NCBI GenBank assembly: GCA_051530055.1
Contig: CM121342.1
Location: 5,331,489 to 5,395,488, forward strand
Reading direction: 5' to 3'
DNA length: 64,000 bases
Source: Neoechinorhynchus agilis
Lineage: Eukaryota > Animalia > Acanthocephala
The notes beneath the pieces were generated by a model that saw nothing but the letters and a program-made list of their open reading frames with translations, did not search any database and had not been told where the DNA came from. This document shows, piece after piece, positions 61,816-64,000 of this stretch. Numbering within the stretch: the stretch's first letter is position 1; the number at the start of each line of letters is the position of its first letter. Both the position numbers and the translations under genes were made by a program.

Positions 61816-61949
61816 AAACGGTTGTTTTGAAAAATCGCCTTTTTATTTTAGTGCATCGGCGATTGAGCGAACAATAATCAAGCTTTTCTACTTAACGTAC
61901 AAAAGTTTTTTGCCAAAACCTTTTTTTATTTGGATTTCGATTTTTTCAA

Positions 61950-63110
61950 ATTTTCTAGATTTTACGATAATAAAGCACGAAACGCGCAATTACCACCGTC
62001 CGCAAAATCGAAGCTTCTCTCCTTCCTCGGCTGTCGCTATCACGCTGGCAGCATTGCTATCGCCGGTCGTTTCTCACAATTTCTTCGAGAGATCCGGAAG
62101 CAGAGTGCCGAGCTGCCAATGCTAAATCCCAATATGGCCTCAGACAGTCGATCTGGGACAGATCTCTCGTCGCGAGAGCTCTCTACTTTCAGGTTCTCAC
62201 GATGGGGTCGTCGGAGCTAGACTGTTGGCAGTTTCAACGCGAGAATCGGGTACGTGGTTGGAGGCTGTTCCTCTGGCATCTGTGGGAACTCTTCTTACTG
62301 ATGAGGTAACGAGGATCGCAGTGCGACACGGTCTCGTTGGCCGAAAGTCAGGACTAAGGTGCTCACGCCATTCTGAGATCAATTTTTCGGGCGTTGAGAA
62401 AGGCGAACTTCCTGAACATCCTGGAACCCGCCCATCTTTGTCGACCTGACGGAATTTCGGTCCTTAAGTGGCGAGAGGGCAAATGTCTTCCCCGGGACGC
62501 TAACTGCTAGGGTGTAAGAATGGGGAGAATGACCGATAGGTGATTTTCCAGATTTTGAAATGTTCTGCTCATATGTTCCAGACATTATCAATATTTAAAA
62601 TAATCGTCAAATTCACGATTAGAACGAGTTAATTCGTGGAATAATGATCTAAACTGGTTCGAATCGTTTGAGATTACCAAGTGCACAATGTGTTATCAAA
62701 ATTAAAACTGCTCTTCTGATTTTGGAAATAAAGAGCGGTTCAAATTCTCAGGCTCAATCAGAGTGCTATTAAATTTTGTTTATTATTATTGAAATAACGA
62801 TTGATAATATAGTCTAATTCCATTTAGTCCTACGACGTGACTAAAGTTCTCACGTCATTCTGAGATCGATAGCGCTTCTGAGATCGATAGCGCAATTTCT
62901 CGGGCGTTGAGAACGGCGAACTTCCCCAACATCTTGGAACCTGCCCATCTTTGTCGACTAGACGGTTGTCGACCTGACGGAATTTCGGTCTTTCCGTGGC
63001 GGGAGGGCAAATGCCTTCTCTGGGATGCCACGTCCCTCGCAGTAAGCAACATTCCCTACTCGCTCGAAATCGCTGGAGGTGCAGCCGAAGGGAGTAACGT
63101 ACAAAAGTGC
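61950..63110 (+). mobile_element. Decayed CRE-clade (RLE-type) non-LTR retrotransposon 3' region, partly tandemly duplicated
   Basis: ARLLAVSTRESGTWLEAVPLASVGTLLTDEVTRIAV and LDGCRPDGISVFPWREGKCLLWDAT motifs typical of CRE-type RT-RLE C-termini. Confidence 0.8.
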
Positions 63111-63191
63111 CCTTATAAGATCCATTCATTTGTATTCTTCTCAATTACAAAAGTGCCCTTATAAGATCCATTCATTTGTATTCTTCTCAAT
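63100..63191. repeat. 46-bp direct tandem duplication at the end of the CRE-like element
   Basis: TACAAAAGTGCCCTTATAAGATCCATTCATTTGTATTCTTCTCAAT x2. Confidence 0.9.
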
Positions 63192-63413
63192 CTGGCACCT
63201 CTGTTCAGCAAGAGGTGTGATTTTAGAATGTGATTGAAAAAACATTAGACCAGTGCCCGGTTTTATGAGTGTGGAAACGGAAAAATACAAAAAATTATAA
63301 TCGATTTCTCACAATCACTCAATGATTGATCATTGGGAATGGGGGGACAGTGTGTGTGTAGCACAAGATTTGGCATAGTTTTTACACAAACAAGAGATAA
63401 TGCCATTTGTATA

Positions 63414-64000
63414 TCACTTCCTCAGGAATACAAGAAGAATAACAATTAGTACGGTGAAGAGGAAGCAAAGAATTATGGCAATGATTATTTTCTTCTTGAG
63501 AGCGGCACTTCTGTATTTAACAGCTTTTTTGGTATCTGCTTTGGCCGAATCGATGTAATTGACTGATTGGCTGACGTTGTACTCGATCCGATCAATCATT
63601 TCCCCTTGGGATTCAACGAGCATTGCGAGATCCATGAACATATCGTGTAGTTCTTTTATGCTGCTTTCAAGTTTCATTATATCATTATGGCGAGCTTCGA
63701 TTTCGGCCAGTGTTTGTCTGGCGTCCTGAGCTTCAATCATGATCTAATTATGAGATTATTGTGTGTGTTTTGCTTAAAGTCCAACGAACCCCTTTGGTAA
63801 AAATGGCCGGATTGCCCGACTCCAGCATTTGTTCAAGTTCATCACTCGTCGTCGTACGTCCGGCTAAAGACACCCACAGAGATGAAGACGCGTTTAGGTC
63901 TTTCACAACAACACTTTACGAGAGACGCTCACTTATTCGAAGCTGACGCTCGAGCATCTTTTTATACTCCTCTCGATGTTTAACTTGTTCAGCGCTCAAT
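63414..64000 (-). CDS. STX1A: Syntaxin-1, 3' exons; runs off the right edge; two canonical introns
   Basis: [72 protein letters not shown]-terminal TM. Confidence 0.95.

Overview
Gene-dense, AT-rich eukaryotic DNA from a compact animal genome. It has many 25-50 nt GT-AG introns and probable ciliary genes. Recognisable genes are DCTN1, a TTI2-like gene, an SLC6 transporter, a sigma GST, TBL3/UTP13, MRAS, a lectin-CUB-CTL receptor, Tctex, CDK2AP, a Grainyhead/CP2 factor, DHX35, KIN17, SLC25A46, a tektin-like gene, TOM20, ESF1 and syntaxin-1. There is also a ~2,900-aa orphan repeat protein, decayed LINE and CRE-type retrotransposons, satellites and a candidate structured ncRNA. The most striking observation is a set of at least 6-7 insertions in conserved genes (DCTN1, TBL3, DHX35 x3, SLC25A46, ESF1) that must or probably must be removed to restore the protein. 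They begin with GT/GC exactly at (or next to) the first base of a 9-14 bp RNA stem. The partner arm ends 3-9 nt before a 3' junction that is usually AA rather than AG. The stems share no sequence. This suggests a structure-defined, non-canonical intron class, or alternatively DNA-level eliminated elements. All protein identifications come from recalled family motifs; no search or alignment was run. The assembly appears to contain single-base homopolymer errors.
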